Positions 1 through 12,952 are shown, numbered from the stretch's first letter. The stretch: 64,000 bases of DNA from Octopus bimaculoides (GCF_001194135.2 NC_068991.1:49897916-49961915); one strand, 5' to 3'. Notes: generated from the sequence alone by a model not told the origin. Made by a program: numbers and translations.

Positions 1-1075
1 AGAAACACCAAACACTGCAAGTTAGTGGAACCTGTGGAAGAAGGTGACCAATGAAGACTTAGGACAAAGTGATGAAGGCAAACCAGAAGATGCTGCATCT
101 CAAAGACATCAGAGAACCATAATAATTGGTGATACATGATACTGTAGAAGACCTGTTTGTTTATGGTGAGACCTACTCCAACTTGAGCAGAGTGTTTCGA
201 GGCTGCAATATTTGTATCCTGCCAGACCTACAATTGCTGACCCTCACCTTACACCCTTGACCAACTACCCCTGTCTATTGTTCACCCCCCCCTTCTTTTC
301 ACTCCTAGTCATCCAACTCATCTCCCAACCGCCACTACCTGTGCTCATCACACCAGCCCCACGTGCCCTTCAAAAGACATATATAAGAGATGGCATTAAG
401 CAGCCATCACCTATCAATACACAGTAACATCACTCTTTCTGCTGCCAGCTATCACTCACTCTCACCTCTATTACCATCCCTCTTCTACCTTTACCTAATC
501 ACCAACAGCTACCTTTGTCTACCTGCTACTGCCAAGCCACTTCTACATATCCCTGTCTTTTTTCCACTCTTCTTTCCACTCTTCCATCTATTCTGTTCCT
601 TTTGATGTCATTGTTCTTTTTCCAGCTCCCCACCCCCAAGTCATCTGTGTAAATGCACCTACCCTAATTTACTGAGTACTCTCCATACATACATACATTC
701 ACTCCCTATCCCAACTTCTGGCCTTTCTGTTATTATTCCCTTTCCAAATTTACCTTTATTGTGCACAAGGCCCCTTATCAGCCATTGTTCACACTAAGCA
801 GAGAAAGTGTAGGGTTACAAGGTCCTTCAAGTCCTGTCTTACTAAGAACTGTTCAATCTCTCTTGTTTTGGTGTCATGAGAAAAATGCATGTAGTATACT
901 CTGTAAAGTGCTTGGCACTAGGGAAGTCATCCAGCCATAGAAACCAAACCTGATGATATGTGTGAGCACCTTCGTCTTGGAGAGCAGTAGCTCCCAATGG
1001 GAGGGGGCTTAAATGCTGATGGTTTGTTCAACATATGCCATGATGGAAAGTGGATGTAAAAAGTGATAATTTTGA
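1..1075 (+). mobile_element. RTE-clade LINE 3' end (ORF2 end, pyrimidine-rich UTR, tail)
   Basis: 1-170 translates to a degenerate VSGTCGRR*PMKT (RTE C-terminal GRGRPxKTW). It is followed by a C/T-rich tract and a degenerate family tail, the same architecture as 7720-8480. Confidence 0.65.
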
Positions 1076-3160
1076 CATCACAACTCATCCAGAAGATTAC
1101 ACTACCCAGGAAATAGTTGCTAAATATCTAATCAACAAGGAACATTAGGATGCCTCTAGACCACAAGCTGAGAAACAAAATGTCAATAGTACTGCATTAG
1201 TGAGGAAGGTAGCCTCCATATCATCAACTTGGCTTGGTTTCATGCTCTTGCTTGATGGAGCTGGGTTCATTCCAAGTTAGTGGCCCCAGAGGTGTCATCA
1301 TACATAGAGCCAACCAGGTCCACCAGTGCTCTCCATATTTGGTGGTCTTGTGCCAGCCCCTCTACATCCTCCACACCCAAACACCAACCAATCCAGTTGT
1401 CCAAAAATGTTCAAAAGATACTTTACCATGAGACAACATTATTGCTAAAATCATCAACAGTACGACAGGAAAGATTGTCCTCACAACCATACCAAAGACA
1501 AAGCTGAATTGGAAAGTATCCACACTCTTATATTAAGGAACACTGGTGAAATATTCCAATAGAAATGGTAAACCTAATGTAAACATAACAGGCCAGGTAG
1601 TGTTCTATGGACAGAGAGCAAAAATCATGCATTGATGCAGAGATGAATGGCCCAGCAGATGTGAATATCTTGCCAAAAATCTGGGAAAAAAGCAGATGTA
1701 TATGAATAATTTCTGAGAAACTTACAGCTCTTATACTCTAGCTATAGATTTGCAAAAAGCCTAGAAATGTTGGGGTTTTCCAAAAGAGAACAAAGAAAAC
1801 TGATTTGCACACTCCAAAAATAATTAATTAGAGGTTGAGAGAAAATTTGTAAAACAGTTCTGGAATTCACCATTTGAAGTTTCTAGGCTAAACACACACA
1901 CACACAGCATTAAAGCACACATGCTTGTGTACTGAAGTAGTATGCATTTCCACTATATGAGTGAAATTTTATTTGCATACACGCACACATAAATTCATAC
2001 ATACAAACACAAACTAGTCCAGCTATCACAAATCCAAAGAGCTCTCTTGATGTAAACAAAAGAGCCTTGTCACTTTGTAAGTGACTGACTTCAATTCTGT
2101 GAAGAAAAAAGACCTAATTAAACCCCAAAAAGCCGTATATACATACCAGTAAACATACATACGCATAGACTCACATACATACACACACACAAACATTTAC
2201 ACATACACACATCTACATATGCACACATATGCATCCATCCACACACAGATTTCTTCCTTTGCTCTTGTATCCAGATTTTGAGACTTTTTGTATATTTTTT
2301 TTATATTACAATTCCCTTCAATATTTCTAATTAAAAATAAATTTGGAAAATCTTGTGTAATTTTTTTTTTTTTTTTGCATCAAAAATTCTTCTGTAATCA
2401 CAAAAAATATATTCAAAAAGAGATGTCACTAAAGCTGGAGGAAGACTATAGTATTTAAGATAGTTTGTTAATGTAAATATGTCACCAAATAAGGATTCAA
2501 CTTTTGCTTGTATCGAACAGATGTCTGCAGTTTTTGTTCACCACAATGCCATCATTTCTTCTGGTGTCATTTTATTCCTAGTGTTACCAAATTGTAGATA
2601 ACTACCAGGAATGGTAGGTAATATATTCACTATATTTTCATAAGAACTATTCTAAATATACAAGATATATTTGAAGGATGTTGAATTCATTATATTTGCA
2701 AGAAAACCAACAAAATGTTTAGATTTTAAATGCATAAAGAATAGCACGTGAGCATAATTTGAGTAACTTATTAATTTGAAATTTAGAACCAAATAAAATT
2801 AATATCATTAAAGTATGGTGAGCAAGAGAAAGAAATTTACATGATGAAAATACAAGTTAAAAAAGATGTGGTCAGATTTCATATCAATGGGAAGTAATAG
2901 AACATTGTAAATTACATAAGAGTGTGTAGCATGATTTTGTGTGTGTGCCTAGAATAAACTACTTTAATAAGAAGGATTTGAAAATAGCTGTCTTAAATGT
3001 AGGTTAATAAACAGTAATTTTATATATGTATATACGCACACATACACACCCATAAGTTTTATTAATCTTTCATCTCAAGCTAGGTAATGTTCACAAGTAA
3101 GAAATAGTTTTACAATAAGTGTTCTTAGCAGTACAGTAAAGCCTAGGTGCAACTACTCAC

Positions 3161-3199
3161 CTAAGAGACGGCAGTTTGCCATAATACACAGGTTTGGCC
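3161..3199 (-). CDS. EML: 39-nt micro-exon of the EML-like gene
   Basis: catttattctag|G GCC AAA CCT GTG TAT TAT GGC AAA CTG CCG TCT CTT AG|gtgagt; consensus donor, phase 2-2, in frame with the 12566 donor: (R)AKPVYYGKLPSL. Confidence 0.65.
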   Translation of the reverse strand, partial: GQTCVLWQTAVS

Positions 3200-5165
3200 C
3201 TAGAATAAATGATAACATCGCAGGTTATGTAGACATAGAAAATAACACTTTTCAATGACACGTGACAAGAATAGTCTCTTGCTGTTTTGCTATTTTTTTT
3301 TGTATCCTGATTTTGATAGTACTGTAGAAGATGAACAACAAGTGTTCTGTAGTTTTGCAGATATTTTAAGGTTGGGTGAAAAAAAATTGGTTCATATAGA
3401 AATATTTCATATCAGCTTATAGTGATCAAGTGAATATTTTGGTTAGTATGAAAACTGCAGATCAATTAACAACACAATTGGCTAACATGGCTTAAAATGA
3501 TGCATTCAAAAAGATATTTACTATTTCAAAAATTTGAAAGGACAAACAAAAAAAAAAGAATAAATGCTTGGGAACTAATTTTTATATACAAAATAATTAC
3601 AGTAGTTAATTAACCCCTAGATATTTTCATCCATCGTTAAATTTTGGCACATATAATAGTGTTTTTACAATGTAATAAAAGAAAACAAGAAATCTTTTCT
3701 CATTATTTTTAGTTTCTCAAAAACTTCTCTATTAATTCTCAACAATTAACAGTCCTATTTTAAATCAACTTCTTCATACATAGATCTCTAATGGATTGGA
3801 GTAATTAAAATGAGTAGATTAATGAAATATTTGTAAACAATTGTAAAAAATTAAAATCCATCTATTTAGGATGGACAGAACAGGTTGTATTATTATCACA
3901 GTTTAAAAGAAATAACAAAAAACATTAAATATTATTAAATGTCTTCAACAGCCACTAAGTCATTATGGACATGTTTCTAACAGAAAATTAAAATCTAACA
4001 TTTATATCAAGTCCTTCAAGACTAAAGCAAAGCATTAGGATAGGTAGTTATTGACTACAATATAGGGAGTCCATTTTTTCTTTTTTTTCTCTTTTTTTCA
4101 GTTATAGTCCGGAAAAAAGCATACATTTAAAGATAGAAACAATTTTTAAAAAGATATATGCTAAGGTGCATAGAAGGTGCAAATAATATTTCAAAGCATC
4201 AATAATTTCTGAAATGCCAAATGTCATTAAAGCAAAATGTTTCATTTCACTGTCTCACACATTTTTAGATATATAGATATATATGCATGGATGTTTAAGT
4301 GTACAGGTGTGTAATTGTGAGTCTATATATATACATAAATATATATATGTATGTACATATATATAGCACAATGTTTTGTTTTATTACTCTTTTGCAGTTT
4401 CAGCTTCTGGAGGTTAGTTACAATCAAGTTTTCTGAAAAAATAGAAAAATGACAAATATTGACAGAAAAGAATGAGGAAAAAAAGTAAATAGCTGAAAAG
4501 GAAATAAACCTGTAAATAGTTAGAGATGATCAGATTCCAGAACCATGATAGTTCTATCAGCAACAAAATTAAAAAATATTGATCATAGAAAGAGAAAAAA
4601 AATGAAGTTCGGTATTGAATATATATTCAAGATATATTTCTTGTTGAATGTATTTTTAATTTAAAGTCCAGAAATATTAGCTTTAAGATAGTCAGTAATG
4701 GGGTTCAGCAGTGCCATACAAGGAGGAAAGGTATTTTGCAGACCGAATACAAAGGAGACTTGAGAGAGAATTCTAGCCAATACAAGACATTAGTAAAATG
4801 AAATGAACCAGGGATCTGCTGTAAACATAAAATGAAATGGACTTTTTAGCAGTGTAGTATTACTAATAACCTAACCTATGATATTACTGATCTGAAGCTT
4901 AGCAAAACCCCTCCCCAAGTTCATTAACTTCATAATCCTCTTTTCTATCTGTAACTAATACCAACTAATATATACCTGAACCATGCAAATAGGGACAGCA
5001 ATATTATGAAACTAGTCTGGAGCATTAACTTTGTCACCTAATATCTTGCTATCATTATACGTCGGATAACATTTTTTATTCTTTCTCTACTCTTTTAGCC
5101 CTGCTTTTATCGTCATCAATAGCCTTAACTGTAGCACAAACAGAACCATATCTTTCTGTATCTAA

Positions 5166-5378
5166 CTCTTTAACATTCAGATTATTGTCAAATGTAATGC
5201 TTATTTATTCACATTGTCTTGAATTAATCATGCATTATCTCATAGCTTTGACATTTTGATGATGTACTTGTTTATGTTTAGAATGACATTTTAGGGTAGG
5301 TGCAAGGTTGGATCTAGCTGATTTGAACATAAAACAGAATATTCGGTGCAGGATATGGCCTGTTTAAGTGCTACAGGG
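5166..5378 (+). mobile_element. piggyBac-type MITE family A, copy 1 (CTAA target)
   Basis: Termini resemble CCCTTTAGCATT / AATGCTAAAGGG, with CTAA on both flanks. The body matches the copies at 35944 and 59206. Confidence 0.75.
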
Positions 5379-5695
5379 CTAAATCCTATGTATTAGTTCA
5401 GTTACAAAGAATAGTCCCTGATCACTTGTTAATTGTATATCTAACACTTGCTGGATAACTTGCTGTACCACTTACAGAGACAAACTCCTAGCCTTAGTCC
5501 AGCTTGCAGATATAGGACAGCAGCAGCCACCAAAAGACTGTCCATATGTGGAGTTTTTGGTAGGGTGGTCCACCCTGGCATCCGAAACTCGGAGTTTTAT
5601 CATGGCTACTGAATAAGTGTCACATTTTTACAGATAAATTCCTCTATTTGCATAATATCGAGGTCTCTTTCTTTCTTTTGTTGCCATTCCTGACA

Positions 5696-5742
<47 letters not shown>

Positions 5743-5745
<3 letters not shown>

Positions 5746-7008
5746 GGGTTGGACAAAATAATGGAAACACCTAGCATCATAATTTTAAATATCTAAAAAA
5801 CCGTCAAAAGCTTGTTTATTTTGGGTTTTTTTAATTTATTATTAGGGTTGCTTAATGTTTTGCTAAAACTGCTGTTTCTTTTCAGATATCATCAGAAAAT
5901 GATAATTAAAATTCATTAAAATGACAGATCTATCGGACTTTCAAAGAAGTCAAATTGTTGGTGCTCATATGGCAGGTTCTAGTGAAATGAAAACAGCTGA
6001 AATGTTTGGTGTATCAAGAAGTACTGCCTCAAAAATAATGACAGCCTTAGAGAAAGGGGGAAAAAAACCTCCTTGTTGAAACAAAACTCTGGAAGAAAAC
6101 CAAAACTTTCAGATAGGGATCGTCGGACTCTTATGCGAATTGTTAGAAAGGATCACAAAAGTACAGCTCCCAAAATTACTGCAGATCTTAATGACCACCT
6201 TGAGAACCCACTTTCCACAAAAACTGTTCGCTGGGAGCTGCACAAAGCCGGATTTCACAGGAGGGCTGCAATCAGAAAACCACTACTTTCAAAAACAAAC
6301 GTTGCAAAGCATTTAGAGTGGAGTAAAAACCCACAGAATTGGTCCATAGAGCAGTGGAAGAATGTTATTTTCTCGGTAGAGTCATCTTTCATATTATTTC
6401 CAACCACTGGCCAAGTATACATGTGGAGATAGCCAAAAGAAGTATTTGACCCAGACTGCCATCTTCCAACTGTTAAACATGGAGGATTTGTGATGATCTG
6501 GGGGGGGGGGCTATATCTCGGAAATCCACCGGCCAAATGGTTTTCCTTCATGGCAGAATTAATAGTCAAGACTATTTAAGCATTTTATCTGATTAAATTC
6601 ATCCTATGGTTGCAGAACTGTTTCCGGAGGGAAACATAATCTTTCAGGATGATAATGCACCAATTCACACAGCTAAAGTTGTTACTAAATGACACGAGGA
6701 ACAGTCTAGTGAAATTGAACATCTTATCTGGCCACCACATTCCCCAGATCTCAATATTATTGAACATTTATGGTGCATTTTAGAAAAACAAGTAAGGAGT
6801 CGATATCCTCCACCATCATCACTACAAGAACTGGAGACTGTTTTAGCTGAAGAACGGACAAATATTCCTTTGGAAACAATTCAAACTTTGTACGAGTCCA
6901 TATCTTATAGAATTCAAGCTGTAATTACTGCCAAAGGCAATCTTACACCATATTAAAATAAATTTGCTTGAAATTTTAAGGTGTTTCCATTATTTTGTCC
7001 AACGCCTG
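5743..7008 (+). mobile_element. Full-length defective Tc1-like transposon (DD36E spacing)
   Basis: 30-bp TIRs CAGG(G/C)GTTGGACAAAATAATGGAAACACCT with one mismatch; left flank is (TA)n. Transposase runs from ATG 5921 (MTDLSDFQRSQIVGA...) to TAA 6956 with frameshifts and stops. Motifs: SGRKPKLS, FQDDNAPIH and WPPHSPDLNIIEHLW. Confidence 0.93.
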
Positions 7009-7674
7009 TGTATGTGTGTATATATATATATATANNNNNNNNNNNNNNNNNNNNNNNNNNNNNNNNNNNNNNNNNNNNNNNNNNNNNNNNNNNNNNNNNN
7101 NNNNNNNNNNNNNNNNNNNNNNNNNNNNNNNNNNNNNNNNNNNNNNNNNNNNNNNNNNNNNNNNNNNNNNNNNNNNNNNNNNNNNNNNNNNNNNNNNNNN
7201 NNNNNNNNNNNNNNNNNNNNNNNNNNNNNNNNNNNNNNNNNNNNNNNNNNNNNNNNNNNNNNNNNNNNNNNNNNNNNNNNNNNNNNNNNNNNNNNNNNNN
7301 NNNNNNNNNNNNNNNNNNNNNNNNNNNNNNNNNNNNNNNNNNNNNNNNNNNNNNNNNNNNNNNNNNNNNNNNNNNNNNNNNNNNNNNNNNNNNNNNNNNN
7401 NNNNNNNNNNNNNNNNNNNNNNNNNNNNNNNNNNNNNNNNNNNNNNNNNNNNNNNNNNNNNNNNNNNNNNNNNNNNNNNNNNNNNNNNNNNNNNNNNNNN
7501 NNNNNNNNNNNNNNNNNNNNNNNNNNNNNNNNNNNNNNNNNNNNNNNNNNNNNNNNNNNNNNNNNNNNNNNNNNNNNNNNNNNNNNNNNNNNNNNNNNNN
7601 NNNNNNNNNNNNNNNNNNNNNNNNNNNNNNNNNNNNNNNNNNNNNNNNNNNNNNNNNNNNNNNNNNNNNNNNNN

Positions 7675-7707
<33 letters not shown>

Positions 7708-7719
7708 AAAAAAAAATCA

Positions 7720-8479
7720 TTATCATTTAATGTTCCACTTTTCTATGCTGGCATGAGCTGGATGGTTCAACAAGAACAAACAAGCCTAAGGGCTCCACCA
7801 GGTTTTATGTCTGCTTTAGTATGGTTTCTACAGCTGGATGCCCTTCCTAATGTCAGCCACTGAACAGAGTGTACTGGGTGCTCTTTTACATGGCACCAGC
7901 ACAAGTGAGGTTGCCAAGTATCTCTAAGATAAAATCCCATCAACTGAGTGTAGAATAGACTGGAAGAATAAGAAACTATGATAGAGGGAGAGAAGCAGGT
8001 GTCCTGTTGAAAAGGTATCTACATGACATACCCACCTAGAAAATGAAAGGGAGAGAAAGAAAAAGATATGCGAGGTTCAAGTACAAGATGAATATGAGAC
8101 AACAGGACAGAAGAGCAGAAAAGTTGAATGTGTAAGTGCAGTGTGTGAAAATAGTGTGACAGATGATTGGAGATAGGAAATGAATTGGACACAGAGGATA
8201 TCAGTTCAGTGTAGGGGAAAGTGAAGGAAATAGGGTAACATAGAAGATTGATGGAAAGTGGGTGCTATGAGATAGATGGGTCTTTTCAAATACAGTATAT
8301 TGCCATTCACCTTGGTCCCCCTACCATCACTTCTGAGAGGAACAACATTTTGAGGTCAGCCACCACTTCATACCATGTCTTCTTAGGCTTTCCTCTTCCA
8401 CAGGTTCCTTCTACATTTAGCAATCGGCACTTTTTTATACAGCTGTCCTCATCCATCCAAATCATATGACCATGCCAGT
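7720..8479 (-). mobile_element. RTE-clade LINE 3' fragment
   Basis: Minus frame WHGHMIWMDEDSCIKKCRLLNVEGTCGRGKPKKTWYEVV, then UTR, then the tail (ccatgccagcatagaaaagtggaacattaaatgataatga). Confidence 0.8.
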
Positions 8480-8494
8480 ATGGTCATATGATAT

Positions 8495-9087
8495 GGTCAA
8501 AAAGACAATCCATGCACTGGAAATACACCACCTCACCTGTTCCAAAGAAGGCCAAAATCATTTTATCAGCAGGAAAGGGGATAGTCTCAGTTTTTTTCCA
8601 GATGCAACAGGTATTGTGTTTATAGACTATTTTCAAAAGAGCCACACCATCAATGGAGAATACTATCCCAACTTGCTGAGGCCAAACACCCAAAAAAACT
8701 GACAAAAAGGATCTTGTTTCATCAGGATAATGCTTCAGCACCCAAGTCCCTGGTTTCAATGTTTGCTGTGCATGGCTGTGGCTTTAAACTGGTTGATCAC
8801 CTTCCCTATTCTCATAGTTTTACCCCATCTGACAGTCATCTGTCCCCCAACATGCAAAAACACTTCTCTGGGAAGCAGTATTGCAGTGATGATGATATCA
8901 TATTTGCTGTTGATGACTTTTTTGACCAGCAGGATCAAAGCCTTTTCACCAATGGGATTCAAGCCCTGCAACACTGATGGAAGACATATGTGGGCTGTAA
9001 GAGGGACTATGTTGAAAAATAAGCCTCATTTGGTCATATTCCATGGGAGCATCTTGGTCAGCCTATGAACTTTTCAGACAACCCTCC
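8495..9087 (+). mobile_element. 5'-truncated mariner copy of the same family
   Basis: FHQDNASAPK...PYSHSFTPSD gives 34 residues between the last two Asp. The right TIR gtcagcctatgaacttttcagacaaccctcc+TA matches the 34326 end. Confidence 0.88.
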
Positions 9088-9186
9088 TAAGTTTTTTCTC
9101 ATTCATATCTCAATCATATTAATCAACAAACAGCAGATTAGTAAATTTACCAGATTTCTTTCTGCATCCCTTCTGCTCCTCTAGCA

Positions 9187-9229
<43 letters not shown>

Positions 9230-9509
9230 NNNNNNNNNNNNNNNNNNNNNNNNNNNNNNNNNNNNNNNNNNNNNNNNNNNNNNNNNNNNNNNNNNNNNNN
9301 NNNNNNNNNNNNNTTATATTATATTATATTATATTATTTCCAGCTTATAAAATGGATATTTTAGCAGTTACAAATCTGTGTATTCAAACTTTCAAACCAG
9401 AGTAACTTCCCTTCCACACGATTACACAAATTTGCTGCAGATTTTTTTTCCTCTTGGAGAAGTAGCTGTATTCATTTAATCAGATTATGTGCTTTATTAT
9501 ATCTATCCA

Positions 9510-12382
9510 TAGGGTTACCAAATGTTCTAGTTTCACTGAGACTGTTAGTTTAACAATGTTGTCCCATATTCTGGGCTGTTTGAAATATTTTTTTTCTGAG
9601 CCCATGCACACATAAAGAACATGGATTTTGGGATAAAGTAATAATGAAATAAATATAAAAAAAGTACTGACTGCTTAAAGTGGGTGGAATCTGTAGAAGA
9701 GAGAGACCCAGGGGGATAAGGGATGAAGTAATGAGGGCCAATCTCAAGACATTTAGCATAACAGAGGAGATGACAGACCAAGATATCTAGCAATATAAGG
9801 TTGTGAAAGTGCAGTGTATTGAAGGGGGTCTGTCTTGCAAGTTATTTGGTGACCTTGCCAGTGATGGTGTCACGTAAAAACAACCAGTACACTATTAAGC
9901 GGTTGGCATTAGGAAGGGGATCCAACTGTAGAAACCATGTCAGAGCAGACAGTAGAACGTGGTGCAGTCCTCTGACTTGCCAGCTCCTGTCAAATCCTCC
10001 AACCCATGCCAGTATGGAAAACAGACATTAACTAATAATGATGATGAATATTCCTTGTTGCATCATGGTAACAATTTAATTTGCATATTTCATTGCTGTC
10101 ATTTTTTTTCTTTCTTTGGATATGTTGTTATTGATTGTATAAATTTATTTTGGTGTTGGTGTGTCCAAGATTTTCATACCAATGAATAAATGTATTGGGG
10201 TAGCTCATATCTCATGTACCACTTGACTATGCCAATGATCCATGGGAAAAGAATTTGATCTATTTTTACAATTCCAGAAGACATGAACATTTACAAAGAA
10301 CCCAAGGAGTATTACTTGTTTCTAAAATACTTTATGTGGACTAGGTAAAATGCAATCAGGACTTTGTAGAGTTCTGAGGTACATAGAAATAGGTTAGATA
10401 TCTATGATTATTTGATATCCCCAAAACACAAGACAACTGTTATTGCTAGTTTCTTATGATTAGATATTTGTTTTACAAATGTCAACAAATTGGGACAGTT
10501 AGTGATTGCTGAAGAAGCCTCTTTTGCTATCATATTTCTAATGAAATCAGTTTCAAGACAGGCAACTGTTCATCAAAATTGGTCTAAAAAAATTTTTGAG
10601 TCATGGTTTCATGTAACAGACAAAATGTGAAGCTGACGTTTTAAATGAAAATGTACCAGTGGCTGAACCTGATCTTGCTAAAGACCTAGTAGGAACAAAT
10701 TTTGTGACACTTTTCCGGGATTCTTCAAATCAAAAAGGTTTTTAAATAACACTTTACATAATTTCATATTACATTCTTGGTCAAAGTCACAAGTTACAGG
10801 TAAGACAGCTGAGATCTTGACTAATGCTTCAGTCATAGTAATTGATAATCACACTTGGGTTGATAGGAAAAGATGGATTTTGTGGAGTATAAAATTTTGG
10901 CAGTATAAAACATTAAAGCATAGCATATTTTACCAATTAAAAACTCAACTTGGAAGAAACTTTGTTGGCATTGGCTGTGGTGTACACATTGTACATAACA
11001 GTCTCCAAACAACTGTTGATATCAAAGCAGTTATTGTGAACATTTTCAAACAGTTTATGTAACACAGCTGAAAGAATTTTGTGACATTGCCAGAGTGGAA
11101 TACAAAAAGCTATGAGAGCATGATAATACCAGATTTCTTTTTTGTCAACACTTTCGATAGTTGAAAAAATTCTTTACATCTTTGCTGATTTGAAACTGAA
11201 CACTACCAAGACTGCTGAAACAATTCTTTGAAAATAATTTTGGGAAAATGTATTTATGATTTGTACATGAACAAACTGATTCTGGAGACAAAGAATGACA
11301 ATACTAATGCAGCAGAAGTCAAACTTGGAATACGAAACCTTATTACAAATATAGAACAAAAAAAAAAAAACTACAAATTTGTAACTGAAGATGCAAAGGC
11401 CTTGCTGAGAAACCTCAAAGAAAATGGTGAAATCAGTGAAAAAGTGGAGAATTTCAAAAGATCTCTCTCATATTTAGTGCTGTAAAAAGTTAACTTTAAA
11501 TAGACAGAAAACTAGACAGAATATGACCAAGTGTTGAACAGTTTGCAATGAAGTCACACCAATGCATTTGAAAGTAAGTTGCAAATATTGATCAATTATT
11601 TGATGAGGTTATAAAGAGATTTTTGGCTCCTAAAAAGTTTGGACACCACAAAACTAAGTAAAAAAAAAAAATGAAAAAATATTTTTGGCTCATTACAATG
11701 AAAGACATAATAGTGTTTTCTGTAATAAATAATGTGATCAGAACAGGGAAAAATTATGCAATGTACAGTTAAGAATCCTCTGATGACTAAAATATACATT
11801 CCACATAGCTGTCCTGAATTTTTAGACAAAATAAAAGATTGCAATCAATTTGTTAAAAATGTAGTTCCATATGAAAAATATAAAAGTATTGTTGATTGGA
11901 TAAACATTGACAAAAATGTGTTTTAATTTATTTTTAAATGCTGCTGTGCTACTTGACACTATTTTACTTATGTTATCAAGAGAAGAATAGCTGCTTTGTA
12001 CAATTTCTGGCTCTGTTCCCTGTCTCTTATTCCAACTCTCAAAGTGATAAAAGCAAATCAGATATTTCAGTTTTTCATGTGTATCACTTCAGCACTTGTT
12101 AGGAACTGCCTTCATATAAGAAGACATGCAATTATGTAAATATATTTGTTATATTAACAATTATGAAAGGAGGGTTAATATATATATAACATTAAGCTTC
12201 CTCTCATATTTATTTTATAATAATACATCTTCCCAGACTTGAAGCACGTGAGAAGAGAAGGCTCAGTCTCCCATAATACCTGACCTACATGCTGAAGCCC
12301 TCAAGGCCTTGCATGATATTCCCATTGGTCCATGTTTCAACTCCCATTGGTCCAAGCTTCAACTCTGAAAATTATGGGACTA
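9510..12382 (+). mobile_element. Old hAT (Blackjack-like) transposon relic with a nested RTE 3' fragment
   Basis: Left end TAGGGTTACCAAATGTTC resembles the TAGGGTGACCA Blackjack-type terminus. Transposase fragments at about 10450-11900: FVTLFRDSSNQK, GIGCGVHIVHNSLQT (CxxH) and EFCDIARVEYKKL*EHDNTRF. Two 22-bp subterminal repeats at about 12322-12365. The right end is decayed and no TSD is visible. Confidence 0.7.
9690..10048 (+). mobile_element. RTE 3' UTR/tail nested in the hAT relic
   Basis: ...aggaaggggatccaactgtagaaacc...ctcctgtcaaatcctccaacccatgccagtatggaaaacagacattaactaataatgatgatga. Confidence 0.75.
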
Positions 12383-12565
12383 TTGAAGTTGAAATCAGAA
12401 ATTACTATTAAAAAAAAAATTTTAATTAAAAAATTCAAAACCAAATGTAGTTAATAAATACAAAATCAGTTTCATTTTAGTAATCTGTAAAATAAACGAA
12501 GAGCAAAGAAAGAAAATAGCATAATATTTATGAATAATAATAATGATAATAATAAATTAACTGAC

Positions 12566-12800
12566 CTAAATGGTTTAACATTTCCATCATTAAGTTCTGT
12601 GGTTGTTGATAGTGATGACCATTTCTTAAGATTGGCATTGTTAGCTTTATGTGATGGAGATGTCCTAGCTGGAGGAGTTGTACTTCGGTGGGGAGCACTA
12701 TGAATACTATCCACTGGACTTAAGTGCACTGCTTTTTTTTCCCCACGCCGAGACGCAGACTTAAATGCAGGCTTGGAAGGCAGAATGTTATTTTGCAACA
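12566..12800 (-). CDS. EML: EML-like gene exon, basic Ser/Pro/Thr-rich linker after the coiled coil
   Basis: tattttttag|TG TTG CAA ... CCA TTT AG|gtcagt; 235 nt, phase 1 in (matches the coiled-coil exon), phase 2 out, open frame VLQNNILPSKPAFKSASRRGEKK...WSSLSTTTELNDGNVKPF. EML proteins have a basic, low-complexity linker at this position. Confidence 0.8.
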
Positions 12801-12952
12801 CTAAAAAATAAGAAAATATTCTTAAAATTCAAGAAACAATAGTTAATGTGTTTTAAAATAGGGATTAAATACAGGATGGGTACTGGTTTCTTCTGGATAT
12901 TTATTCTAACTAGAGAAAATATTGAAGGTTATATTATCTTTGTTTACCATTC

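Noticed and set aside
6953-7863. Long ORFs of 238-299 aa in the track
   Set aside because: They run through an N gap and (TA)n; artefacts.
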